From positions 18,133 to 82,132 of the forward strand of contig DAOUKT010000037.1 in the NCBI GenBank assembly GCA_034421015.1: a DNA stretch of 64,000 bases, written 5' to 3'. Both the position numbers and the translations under genes were made by a program. Shown here piece after piece: positions 28,177 through 36,688 of the stretch. The notes under the pieces were generated by a model, which was given only the letters and a program-made list of their open reading frames with translations, made no database searches and was not told the origin of the DNA. How positions within the stretch are numbered: the first letter of the stretch is position 1; every line of letters starts with the position of its first letter. This DNA is from Dehalococcoidia bacterium. GTDB taxonomy: Bacteria > Chloroflexota > Dehalococcoidia > Lucifugimonadales > UBA2985.

Positions 28177-30090
28177 TTGATGATCTGGATCAGGCGCATC
28201 ATAGCCGTACCCATTGGGATGGTCTTCCTGTGGCTTCTGATTGGCGGTCTGCTCATTGTCCACGTGCAGGGGTCGCTGCTTTCGCCCGATTTCCACAAGG
28301 ACCAGCTGGAGAAGGCGGACGCCTACAACTTCGTCCTTGACGACCTGCCCAAAGCCGCGGTGATGGAGCTTCGCGAGGAGTACCCCGTCAAGACCGGGAC
28401 CGGCCAGGGCGAGGAGACGACGACCGACGTCATGATCCCGGTCATCCTTGAAGAGGCGCCCGATTCCCTTCGAAACGTGGTCCCGCCCGATTGGCTCCAG
28501 GAGCAGGTGGAGCAGGTAATAGACGAGGTAGGTGGATACCTGACCGGCCGGCAGGACGAGTTCTACGTAAGCGTGCCGCTGCGCGACCGGGCCGTCGCAC
28601 TCAGCCAGGAGGTCCGGAGGCTGCTGCCATACGACACTATGTACGACCACGTCATGATCAAGCTGGTGAGACCCGGCATTGACGAGGCGCTTGAGAGCGG
28701 GGACGCTGCGCCCTTCGGAGAGTCCATCACCACCGATGAGGTGGCCGCCTCGCTGGAGAGGACGTTCCCAAAGGACTGGGTGAGCGCTCAGGCGGATGAG
28801 GCAATGGATGAGGTCACGGCGTATCTGGTCGGAGACAAGGACAGCATGACTATCAGGATCGCACTGGAAGAGCGCTCCGACACAGCGCTTGAAGAGGTCA
28901 AGACCCTGCTCAGGAAGGCCGACGATTTTGAAATCGTCTACGAAGGGGTGATCAACCCGGTGCTGGACGACAACGTCCCAGAGGTGGTCTACCTGCCCCT
29001 GGATGTGACTATCACGAGGGAAGAGGTAAAGCAAGCCTTCCTGGACCAGGCGCCCCTGGACTGGCTGAGAGAGCAGGCCGTGGCCATTGTGGACGACGTG
29101 GGGCCGTACTTCATCGGACAGAGAAACGATTTTCGTGTTGTTATTGCCATGGATGAGCGCAAGGACAACGCCGAGAGAGTCATCAGTGGGCTTGCCCAAA
29201 TCAAGGGAGAGGAACTCCTGGATGCGCTCCCCGAGTGCGAGGACTCCGCAGCCGCGCTTCAGGCATTGGACCATCTCCGGACCGTGACTCTGCCCCGGTG
29301 CCTTCCGCCGGGCCTGTCCCAGGGAGACCTGGATGAGTTGCTGGACACGCTGTTCGACAGCGTAGACCTTGATGAACTGCTGCGCGGATTCGGCTACGAG
29401 ATTCCTGACGACATCGTCTACACCCATGAGGAATTTCTCGAGGAGCTTGAGGAAGCCGGCGGCCAGGAGGCCCTTGACGCGCTTGACGGTCTGAGGGAGG
29501 CCTTCAGGGAGGGGTGGACCTATACGGACTCCGACCTGAAAGCGGACCTTATCTCCGGCGGCGACGCTAGCGATGTCCAAACGCTGGAAGACGCGCGGGA
29601 GCTGCTCCGGGACGGTTGGACGTTCACCCACGCCGACCTGCGGCAGAGTGGAGGTGAGGAAGCGGTCTCAGACTTTGACCGCTTCCGGGACGCGCTGACC
29701 CGCTTCCGGCTGGCGCGCATACCGCTATTCCTGATTTGGGTCGCGCTGCTGGCGGCCATTGGGTTCCTGGGAGGCAGGACGTGGTGGAGCAGGCTCGCCT
29801 GGGCCTCCGCGACGCTCAGCATATCCGCCCTGGTGGCGACCATAGCCTACACCGTCGCGCTGGAGGCTGCCATACCGCAGGCATTGGAGGCATGGCGCGA
29901 GGAAGCGTTGAGAGACGGGAATCTCGGGCCAACAGCCGCCTTGCTGGTGGACAAGGCATCCTCCACGGCCGGTATGGTGGCGGATTCCTTCCTTGGCGAC
30001 AGGGTGAGGACCTCCAGCGTAATGCTGCTGGTCCTCGGCCTGGCCTCCCTGCTGACGGCGCTGATTATCCGCAGGCTGACCCTGCGCTGA
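28177..30090 (+). CDS. Large acidic membrane-anchored protein with three 95-aa internal repeats; family unknown
   Basis: It has an N-terminal TM (IIAVPIGMVFLWLLIGGLLIV) and C-terminal TMs (IPLFLIWVALLAAIGFLGG; ISALVATIAYTVAL; VMLLVLGLASLLTALII). The motif (P/K/L)DW(L/V)xxQxxxxxD(E/D)VxxY(L/F)xG recurs at aa 104, 199 and 294. Confidence 0.7.
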   Translation: MMIWIRRIIAVPIGMVFLWLLIGGLLIVHVQGSLLSPDFHKDQLEKADAYNFVLDDLPKAAVMELREEYPVKTGTGQGEETTTDVMIPVILEEAPDSLRNVVPPDWLQEQVEQVIDEVGGYLTGRQDEFYVSVPLRDRAVALSQEVRRLLPYDTMYDHVMIKLVRPGIDEALESGDAAPFGESITTDEVAASLERTFPKDWVSAQADEAMDEVTAYLVGDKDSMTIRIALEERSDTALEEVKTLLRKADDFEIVYEGVINPVLDDNVPEVVYLPLDVTITREEVKQAFLDQAPLDWLREQAVAIVDDVGPYFIGQRNDFRVVIAMDERKDNAERVISGLAQIKGEELLDALPECEDSAAALQALDHLRTVTLPRCLPPGLSQGDLDELLDTLFDSVDLDELLRGFGYEIPDDIVYTHEEFLEELEEAGGQEALDALDGLREAFREGWTYTDSDLKADLISGGDASDVQTLEDARELLRDGWTFTHADLRQSGGEEAVSDFDRFRDALTRFRLARIPLFLIWVALLAAIGFLGGRTWWSRLAWASATLSISALVATIAYTVALEAAIPQALEAWREEALRDGNLGPTAALLVDKASSTAGMVADSFLGDRVRTSSVMLLVLGLASLLTALIIRRLTLR

Positions 30091-30098
30091 GGGCCAGG

Positions 30099-30926
30099 CT
30101 ACTCCTGGTTGCCGGCTCCCCAGTGGCCCGGCCGTCTCGTGCTGGCCCGCCACCTCTGGAGGGTGCGCCAGTTCTTCAGGGCAATGCGCCAGGTGGGAAG
30201 GTCGTAGGGGCGATTGGTGAGGCCGCGCACCCTGTCCATGACCTCTTCGGTAAGAGGGGGGCCGTGCCCGAAGCAGGCCACGTCCGCCTCAAGCTCTCTC
30301 AGCAGATGCAGGGAGGAGTCGAGGGTGCGCCGCTTCCGGCGGTCCCACATAAGCGGCCTGCTGAGCCTGTCGATGTTGTTGATAACGGAGTCTCCAAGGA
30401 AGAGCACCTGGGACTCCTCCTGGGACCTCTCAATGATGGGACAGATGCTGCCCGGAGTGTGTCCCGGCGTATGGATGATGCGCATTCCTCCAAGGATGGG
30501 GAGCACATCGCCGTCATCCACCGTAGCGTCCACAAAGGTGTCGTGGAACTCCCTTCGCACCCTGGAGCGCCCCACGCCTCGCTGCGCCCATCGGTACCAG
30601 ATGGGAGGAGATTCGCCCTCGTCGCCCTTGATGAGAAGCAGCTTGCCGTCGGGCCCCGGCTCCGTCTCGTTCTTGTGTGCCACGACTTGTGCGTTGGTCA
30701 GGTCCTTCAGCTCAGCCGCGCTGCCTGAGTGGTCGAAGTGGAAGTGGGTCACGAGAATCCAGCGGAGGTCGTTGGGGCTTCGTCCTATCTTCCTGATGTA
30801 GTCGACTATGGCCTCCCCGTTGCCGGAGATACCCGTGTCGACCACAGCCATCTGCTCGTCCACCAGCAGCACTGCGTTGCTTCCGTTTACATTTTCAATG
30901 CGATGGACCCCAGGGGTTATCTCCAT
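30099..30926 (-). CDS. MBL-fold metallo-hydrolase
   Basis: Contains VTHFHFDHSG and TPGHTPGS, with a typical N-terminus (VHRIENVNGSNAVLLVD). Confidence 0.88.
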   Translation of the reverse strand: MEITPGVHRIENVNGSNAVLLVDEQMAVVDTGISGNGEAIVDYIRKIGRSPNDLRWILVTHFHFDHSGSAAELKDLTNAQVVAHKNETEPGPDGKLLLIKGDEGESPPIWYRWAQRGVGRSRVRREFHDTFVDATVDDGDVLPILGGMRIIHTPGHTPGSICPIIERSQEESQVLFLGDSVINNIDRLSRPLMWDRRKRRTLDSSLHLLRELEADVACFGHGPPLTEEVMDRVRGLTNRPYDLPTWRIALKNWRTLQRWRASTRRPGHWGAGNQE

Positions 30927-30944
30927 ACTTGAGCGTTCCTTTCT

Positions 30945-32051
30945 TCAGGGCTTCACGTCCCCCAGCGGGATGTTCACGACGCGTCCCGTAGCGGAGGACT
31001 CGCGGACGGCGTCCAGAACCTGCTGGCAGCGATAGCCGTCGTAGAAGTTGGGAGCGGGCGAGACGCCCTCGCGGATGCCGCGGAAGAACTCACGAACCAG
31101 CAGGCGAAAGGGCATGAGGCGGTCGTCCCGGTCGTCTGAGAAGGGTTCCAGCCGCTCCGGGATGGGCAGCTGCGACAGGGCCTCGTCGCCATGCTTGGCT
31201 CCCAGAATAGTCCCGTGGGGCGGCGGGTTGTACCCGTTGCCCGTATGGGGCGTCACCAGAGTGCCGTCCCGCCCGTACATCTCGATGCTGCCGCCCGGCC
31301 CGAAAGAGGCGGTGTTGGCGCCCGTCATGTTGGCCCACCCACCATTCTCGAAGGTCAGGGTGAAGTTGAAGGTGTCGTCCGCGGTGGACTGCACGATGCT
31401 GCCGGAGTCGTCGGTGCGCTCCGGGTAGTGTGTGAACACCCTGCCGGAAGCCGACGTGACCTCGCCAAACCAGTGGCGCAGGCAGTCGATGTAGTGAGAG
31501 CCCAGCGCGCCCAGAAAGCCGCCGCCCAGGTCTGCGTCGTCGCGTTCGGTCATGGGACGGGGCCGAAAGCCGCGCTGGGGGCCGTTTGCGAGCTTCACCA
31601 GGGCCATGTTCAGCGGGCCAAGATAGTCCTCCTCTATAAGCTCCCTGGTGCGCATCCTGCCCGATGCAAAGCGGAACTCGTGTGTGATCATGGCCGTCAC
31701 GCCGGTCTCGCGGGCCTTCTGCAGCATCTCCAGCGCCTGGCCCTGGTTGAGGGCAAAGGGCTTCTCGCAGAGGACGTGCTTGCCGGCGTCCAGGGCCGCC
31801 ATTGTCATGGGGTGATGCAGGTGGACGGGGCTGACGACGCTGACGGCGTCCACGAAGTCCGCTTTCACCATCTCCTCGTAGTCCGTGAAGGCGTGGGGGA
31901 TGCCGAAGCGTTCCGCCGCCTCCTGCGCTCGCTCCGGGCGGCGGGCGCAGACCGCCGTCACCTCGGCCCCCTCCGACTGGAAGCCGGGTATCTGCACCGT
32001 GGTCCCGAAACCCACGCCTATGACTCCGATGCGTACTGGGCTGCTGGTCAT
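30945..32051 (-). CDS. Gfo/Idh/MocA-family NAD(P)-dependent oxidoreductase
   Basis: VRIGVIGVGFGTTVQIPGF...HVLCEKPFAL. Start moved to ATG 32051. Confidence 0.85.
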   Translation of the reverse strand: MTSSPVRIGVIGVGFGTTVQIPGFQSEGAEVTAVCARRPERAQEAAERFGIPHAFTDYEEMVKADFVDAVSVVSPVHLHHPMTMAALDAGKHVLCEKPFALNQGQALEMLQKARETGVTAMITHEFRFASGRMRTRELIEEDYLGPLNMALVKLANGPQRGFRPRPMTERDDADLGGGFLGALGSHYIDCLRHWFGEVTSASGRVFTHYPERTDDSGSIVQSTADDTFNFTLTFENGGWANMTGANTASFGPGGSIEMYGRDGTLVTPHTGNGYNPPPHGTILGAKHGDEALSQLPIPERLEPFSDDRDDRLMPFRLLVREFFRGIREGVSPAPNFYDGYRCQQVLDAVRESSATGRVVNIPLGDVKP

Positions 32052-32115
32052 GGCATCATTCCTTCCGGGGGCATTTGAGATGCCCCTCGGGTCTTCCCAG
32101 GTGAAACGCTGCAAC

Positions 32116-32210
32116 CGTCATTCCCGTGAAAACGGGAATCCAGAGCGATGCAAGTTAAACTAGCTGGCTCCAGTTGACGCGCTCCAGATTCCTGCTTTCG
32201 CAGGAATGAC
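32116..32210. repeat. Two palindromic hairpin units (same family)
   Basis: ATTCCCGT-GAAA-ACGGGAAT at 32120..32139 and ATTCCTGC-TTTC-GCAGGAAT at 32188..32207. Confidence 0.8.
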
Positions 32211-32300
32211 GGTGTGATTGTGTCTGGGCGTGAGTATGGCGAGAGACCAACTGCTTCGAAAGTCACACCGAAATCGCTTGTTCCCATAAATGTCCCCTGC

Positions 32301-32813
32301 CTATCCGGCCGCCGTCGCACCGGCTTTCTCCTGCTCCTGGCGACGCTGCTCCCGTGACGTGATCAGTCGCACAGCCTCTTCAGCCCCCATGCGACCCACC
32401 GGGCCGGATGCGTACATCGCACCCAGGACCACGCCGCCTCGTCCCAGGAGAAACTCCGCCGGCTGAATGTAGCCGCCGCGGTTCTCGTCCCACCATGCGT
32501 CGATGAGGGCGGCGTCCTCACGCGTAGCGCCGTATGCGATGGGGAAGGAGAGTCCCCTGTCGGCCACTCCCTGCGAATCCTCAAGGCCGCTGGTGCTAAC
32601 GGCGTAAACGGTTGCGCCAAGCTCCTCAAACTCCGCCTTGCGCTCCTCCCATGCGGCTAACTGCCGCTGGCAGTAGCTTCACCAGTGGCCCCGGTAAAAG
32701 AGCAGCGCAACGTAGCGGCTGGACATGTCATCAGGAATGGTGACCTTCTCGCCGCTGACCAGATTCAGCGTGATCGATGGGAACCTGTCACCCTGCTGCA
32801 GTTTCTCACCCAT
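32301..32813 (-). CDS. Peroxiredoxin-like (AhpC/TSA, Prx_like2-type) redoxin with in-frame TGA at the CxxC position; candidate selenoprotein (otherwise a pseudogene)
   Basis: ORFs 32679..32861 and 32301..32567 share one frame, interrupted only by TGA 32679..32681. The joined product reads ...YVALLFYRGHW[TGA]SYCQRQLAAWEERKAEFEELGATVYAVSTSG...GLSFPIAYG. AGGAGGAGAC precedes ATG 32813. Confidence 0.7.
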
Positions 32814-32855
32814 GTCTCCTCCTCTATTATTGTAAGAATGCGATAGACCCGGTTC

Positions 32856-32931
32856 TGGCACGCCCGGAGGGATTCGAACCCCCGACCCTCGGTTCCGAAG
32901 ACCGATGCTCTATCCGCTGAGCTACGGGCGC
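32856..32931 (-). tRNA. tRNA-Arg (anticodon TCG), CCA encoded
   Basis: GCGCCCG-TA-GCTC-AGCGGATA-GAGC-A-TCGGT-CTTCGGA-ACCGA-GGGTC-GGGGG-TTCGAAT-CCCTC-CGGGCGT-G-CCA forms a clean cloverleaf. Confidence 0.92.
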
Positions 32932-32977
32932 ATGTGTATGAATTCTAACGCTTTTGGGGCTGGTATGTCATTCAGGG

Positions 32978-33859
32978 CTACTGCCAGTTCAGCCGCAGTC
33001 CCGGCCTCTCCCACTTGAGCGTCGCCACGTGCCCCACTCCCGACAGTGTGATGTACAGCGTACGAAAGTCCTCTCCGCCGAAGCAGCAGTTGGTCACTCG
33101 CTCGTCTCCGACTTCGATTCGCGAGAGGGGCGTTCCGTCGGGCGCGTGTACGGAGACCAACCCTGAGCCGTGGGCGGCGATCAGCAGGTTGCCGGCCTCG
33201 TCGAGGCAGAGGCCGTCCGGCTGGGCCGGCTGCGGGACCGTGGTCAGCAGTACCCTGTTGGGCCAGCCGTTCCGAGGGGCGTAGGCCCGCGCCCCGGCGT
33301 CCACCTGCGCCAGCACGCCCGGACTCTCGATGGGAATGGCCCAGATGCGGCTGGTCAGGGACTCGTTGACATACAGGGTGGATCCGTCCGCGCTGAGCGC
33401 GATGCCGTTGGGAAAGTAGAAGTAGTACTGGAGCTTCTTGACCCCTGTGCCGTCCGCCAGGGCGTAGTAGACGTGGCCGGACTGCACACCCTCACGAGTT
33501 GCATAGGCCGGGTCGGTGAAGTAGAAGCCGCCGTGCGCGTCGAAGACAAGGTCGTTGGGGCCGTGAAAGGGCTGGCCCTCGCAGTCGTTGTACAGGACCT
33601 CGATAACGCTGTCCCGGTCAATCCTCTGGATGTAACCGGGCTCCGCTCCGCCGTTGTTGGCGATGTACAGGTAGCCTTCCGGGCCGTAGGCAGCGCCGTT
33701 GGGCGAGCCGCCAGTCTCGGCGAAGGTGCGCTTGGAGCGGTCCGGGGCTATGGCCGTGATCCTGCCGCCGCCGGTCTCCGTAACGTAAAGCGTGCCGTCC
33801 TTCGACCACACTGGGCCTTCGGGAAACTCCAGACCGTCAGTTAGCGCTTCCGGCGGTAT
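32978..33859 (-). CDS. SMP-30/gluconolactonase/LRE-family beta-propeller hydrolase
   Basis: ...LTDGLEFPEGPVWSKDGTLYVTE...GPNDLVFDAHGGFYFTDP...PNGIALSADGSTLYV...PDGLCLDEAGNL. The conserved N-terminus extends upstream of the track's GTG (33811). The 5' end is tentatively set at ATA 33859, behind AGGAGG. Confidence 0.8.
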   Translation of the reverse strand: MPPEALTDGLEFPEGPVWSKDGTLYVTETGGGRITAIAPDRSKRTFAETGGSPNGAAYGPEGYLYIANNGGAEPGYIQRIDRDSVIEVLYNDCEGQPFHGPNDLVFDAHGGFYFTDPAYATREGVQSGHVYYALADGTGVKKLQYYFYFPNGIALSADGSTLYVNESLTSRIWAIPIESPGVLAQVDAGARAYAPRNGWPNRVLLTTVPQPAQPDGLCLDEAGNLLIAAHGSGLVSVHAPDGTPLSRIEVGDERVTNCCFGGEDFRTLYITLSGVGHVATLKWERPGLRLNWQ

Positions 33860-33916
33860 GGTCCACCTCCTGTATGCTTCTATGCCTCGTAGAACGGGCT
33901 GGCCGCACGCCTCAAG

Positions 33917-34702
33917 TTACCGGCCCTTGTACTGGGCGGCCCTCTTCTCGACGAAGGCCCTGACGCCCTCGGCGTGGTCCTCTGTGTTGCGGAGCATCGC
34001 CTGCCCATAGGACTCGAACTCCTGGGCCTCTTGCAAAGCGCCAATCCGGCTCTTGTAGACGGCCCTCTTGCCCATGCCCATCGCGATGGTCGGGCCGTTG
34101 GCTAGACGCTTGGCGAACTCCAACGCCGTCGGCATCAGCTCTTCGTGAGGCACGACCCTGTTGACAAGCCCGATGCGCGCTGCTTCCTGGGCGTCGATAA
34201 TCTCGCCGGTCCAGATGAGCTCCAGTGCCTTGGGCGCGCCGAGGATGAAGGGCAGGAAGAAGGTGCCTCCGCCGTCGGGCATGTAGCCTCGCCGAATCCA
34301 AAGCGCCCCGAACTGGGCCTGGTCGGAGGCGATCCTTATGTCGCACATGCAGGCGTAGGAGAGACCGATGCCAACGGAGTGGCCGTTGACCGCAGCGATA
34401 ATAGGACGGTCGCAGTTCCAGAACGCCACGGACACCACGTCCTCCGGGTGGCTGCGCCTCCAAGCGGGCCTGGCATCCGGGTTGTTCAGGCTCTCGTTCA
34501 TGCCCTTGACGTCGCCGCCCGCGGAGAAAGCCCGGCCGGCGCCCGTGAGCACAATGGCCCGCACGTCCGGGGTCAGGTTGTCCAGGATGTGGATCATGCT
34601 CTGGGTCATGGCCGCGCTGGAAGCGTTCAGCCTCTCGGGGCGGTTCATGGTAATGATGCCAACTCCGTCTTGCACCTCGTAGAGTACGTCCTGAAGCTCC
34701 AC
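33917..34702 (-). CDS. Enoyl-CoA hydratase/isomerase (crotonase) family
   Basis: GIITMNRPERLNA...LTGAGRAFSAGGDVK...IIAAVNGHSVGIGLS...CDIRIAS. Confidence 0.9.
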   Translation of the reverse strand: MELQDVLYEVQDGVGIITMNRPERLNASSAAMTQSMIHILDNLTPDVRAIVLTGAGRAFSAGGDVKGMNESLNNPDARPAWRRSHPEDVVSVAFWNCDRPIIAAVNGHSVGIGLSYACMCDIRIASDQAQFGALWIRRGYMPDGGGTFFLPFILGAPKALELIWTGEIIDAQEAARIGLVNRVVPHEELMPTALEFAKRLANGPTIAMGMGKRAVYKSRIGALQEAQEFESYGQAMLRNTEDHAEGVRAFVEKRAAQYKGR

Positions 34703-34900
34703 GGATTCACCTCCTCAGCGATGATTGGTTCTCGACAATGAATCAGGAATGTATAGCAGTGTTTCGCAATCTTTGCGCAGGGCCGCACTGCAAGGGCAGA
34801 CAATTGCCAAGCGACCCAATATTAACACGCAACGTGGGACGGCGCAATTCAGGCAGCTGTCTGCGTGTTGCCTTGCCCGCCGAACGCGCTATAATGGGGT

Positions 34901-35485
34901 GTGCTGATTCGAACCGCCATCATCCTGTCCCTGGCTCTTGCGGCGATTCTCATCGCGGCATGCGGCGCAGACCCGGAGCCAACGCCCACACCCACAGAGA
35001 CGCCGACACCTACCCCGGCACCCACCAGCACACCCGCGCCCGAGACGGCCGAGGCGTCTACTCCATCTTCCGAGGAGCGAATGCCCCAGGACAACGATAC
35101 GGTTGAGGTCCACTATCACGGCACCCTGGACAACGGCGAGGTCTTTGACTCGTCCCGGGAGCGTGCGCCCTTCTCCTTTGTGGTTGGAAGCGGACAGGTG
35201 ATATCCGGCTTCGATCAGGCCGTGCGCCAGCTGACGGTGGGCGAGACCATCACCGTGCGCATGGAGCCGGAGGAGGCCTACGGCATGCCACGGGACGAAA
35301 ACGTTGTGGAGGTTCCGCTATCACTGCTCCCGGAAGGATCAGGGGTGGGAGACACCGTAGTCTTCTCCAACGGCGTCCGCGGCGTGATCACGGACATGAC
35401 CGAGGATGACTTCACTGTGGACGCGAACCACCGGCTGGCGGGTGAGGCCCTGACTTTCGAGATAGAGCTCCTGTCAATCAATTAG
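34901..35485 (+). CDS. FKBP-type peptidyl-prolyl isomerase, lipoprotein with a Pro/Thr linker
   Basis: Signal peptide and lipobox LAAILIAAC, then a PEPTPTPTETPTPTPAPTSTPAPE linker, then the FKBP core VEVHYHGTLDNGEVFDSS...FSFVVGSGQVISGFDQAV. Confidence 0.88.
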   Translation: MLIRTAIILSLALAAILIAACGADPEPTPTPTETPTPTPAPTSTPAPETAEASTPSSEERMPQDNDTVEVHYHGTLDNGEVFDSSRERAPFSFVVGSGQVISGFDQAVRQLTVGETITVRMEPEEAYGMPRDENVVEVPLSLLPEGSGVGDTVVFSNGVRGVITDMTEDDFTVDANHRLAGEALTFEIELLSIN

Positions 35486-35549
35486 CGATGAATCGATGGA
35501 ACCAAGAGAAATCAGGCGGACGTTGTATCCGTCAGAATGAGTAGGCGCT

Positions 35550-36662
35550 ATGACAACCCTTGCTACCGACCGGCAGATTGCCGTACTAATCGACTTTGAG
35601 AACGTTGGCCTGAGCTCAATCCAGTGGCTGTTCGACCAGGTCTCCGACGTGGGCCGCATCACGGTGAAGAGGGCCTATGCCGACTGGGCCGATAATCGGA
35701 ACAAGTCCGCGGGGGAGCAGCTCCTCCAGCTTGGAATAGAGCCTATCCACCGGCCCCCGTCCGCGGCGGCGGGCAAGAACTCCAGCGACATCCGGCTGGT
35801 TATCGACGCCGTGGAGCTGTCCTTCCAGTCTCCCATAGACACCTTTGTGATAGCCTCCTCGGACAGCGACTTCGCCCCACTGGTGAGCAAGCTCAGGGCT
35901 TCCGGCAAGGTGGTGATAGGGGCGGGAAGAAGGGAGGCCACGTCGCAGACCCTTGTCATCTCCTGTGACCGCTACCTGTACCTTGACAACGACCAGGTCC
36001 AACCCAAGAAGCCCAGGCGCGGCAGGCCCCCCAAGAGACCGCAACAGCAGCCCGCCAGCGACCTTCTCAGGCGCGCGGTGGAAGCCTCCATGGACGAGCA
36101 CGGCAGGGTTGTGGGAAGCAGGCTGCGCCAGACCATGCAGCGACTTGACCCGGGCTTCAGCTTTCGGAGTCTCGGTCACTCCACCTTCACGAGATACCTG
36201 GAGGCTTCGCCAGAGGTGAAGGTGACGCGACCGGGAGCCTCCGGCGACGTGACCGTCGAGCTGGCGGAACACGCAGCCGCGACGACCACCACTCCTGCGC
36301 CGGCCGCCCCGACGCCAGCCACTGAGCAGCCCGAACAGGCTCTTGCAGCGCAGGCCACCCCGACGCCGGCCACTGAGCAGCCCGAACAGGCTCTTGCAGC
36401 GCCGGAGTCAAATGACCAGACTGCAGAGGAGCCCGAAGACCCGGACGAGTGGGGGCAGAGAATAGACGACATCTGGCAGGTCCGCGCCGGGGAGCCCGGC
36501 GGCCGGATTCCGGGACCCAGGGCGGCTTCGGATGCGGCGCAGGTCCTGGGAGTATCAAAGCTCAGCGTGTCGCCGTACAAGACGCTCCAACGGCTGCTGG
36601 ACTCCAGCGATTACCTCAGCGCGCGGTGGAAGCGGGACCGCAACAACGTAGTCCGGCGATAG
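35550..36662 (+). CDS. NYN-domain (LabA-like) protein with an OST-HTH/LOTUS-like domain
   Basis: IAVLIDFENV...VKRAYADW...GKNSSDIRLVIDAVEL...FVIASSDSDFAPLVSKLRASGKVVIG, then RVVGSRLRQTMQRLDPGFSFRSLGHSTFTRYL. Contains a 17-aa tandem duplication. Confidence 0.8.
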   Translation: MTTLATDRQIAVLIDFENVGLSSIQWLFDQVSDVGRITVKRAYADWADNRNKSAGEQLLQLGIEPIHRPPSAAAGKNSSDIRLVIDAVELSFQSPIDTFVIASSDSDFAPLVSKLRASGKVVIGAGRREATSQTLVISCDRYLYLDNDQVQPKKPRRGRPPKRPQQQPASDLLRRAVEASMDEHGRVVGSRLRQTMQRLDPGFSFRSLGHSTFTRYLEASPEVKVTRPGASGDVTVELAEHAAATTTTPAPAAPTPATEQPEQALAAQATPTPATEQPEQALAAPESNDQTAEEPEDPDEWGQRIDDIWQVRAGEPGGRIPGPRAASDAAQVLGVSKLSVSPYKTLQRLLDSSDYLSARWKRDRNNVVRR

Positions 36663-36688
36663 GGCAGGGAAGCGCGCCGACGGCTAGA

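Noticed and set aside
28138-29631. 497-aa minus-strand ORF opposite the repeat-containing membrane protein.
   Set aside because: The plus-strand frame gives coherent TM helices, a 95-aa periodic repeat and acidic composition with a plausible start. The minus frame is featureless and Arg/His/Gln-rich. The rejection is slightly less certain here because neither product has a known family.
32679-32861. Treating 32679..32861 and 32301..32567 as two independent small genes, with the upstream one starting at 32861.
   Set aside because: - Both are in one frame, and together they form a single full-length Prx-like redoxin.
- The 32861 start would overlap tRNA-Arg (32856..32931), whereas ATG 32813 has a perfect SD.
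- The downstream piece would need a GTG start with no SD.

Readthrough (Sec) or a pseudogene explains the data better.
34955-35060. Repetitive CCNACN / Pro-Thr-rich DNA, considered as a possible tandem repeat or mobile remnant.
   Set aside because: It is the in-frame PT-rich linker (PEPTPTPTETPTPTPAPTSTPAPE) between the lipoprotein signal peptide and the FKBP domain. This is compositional, not a discrete repeat element.
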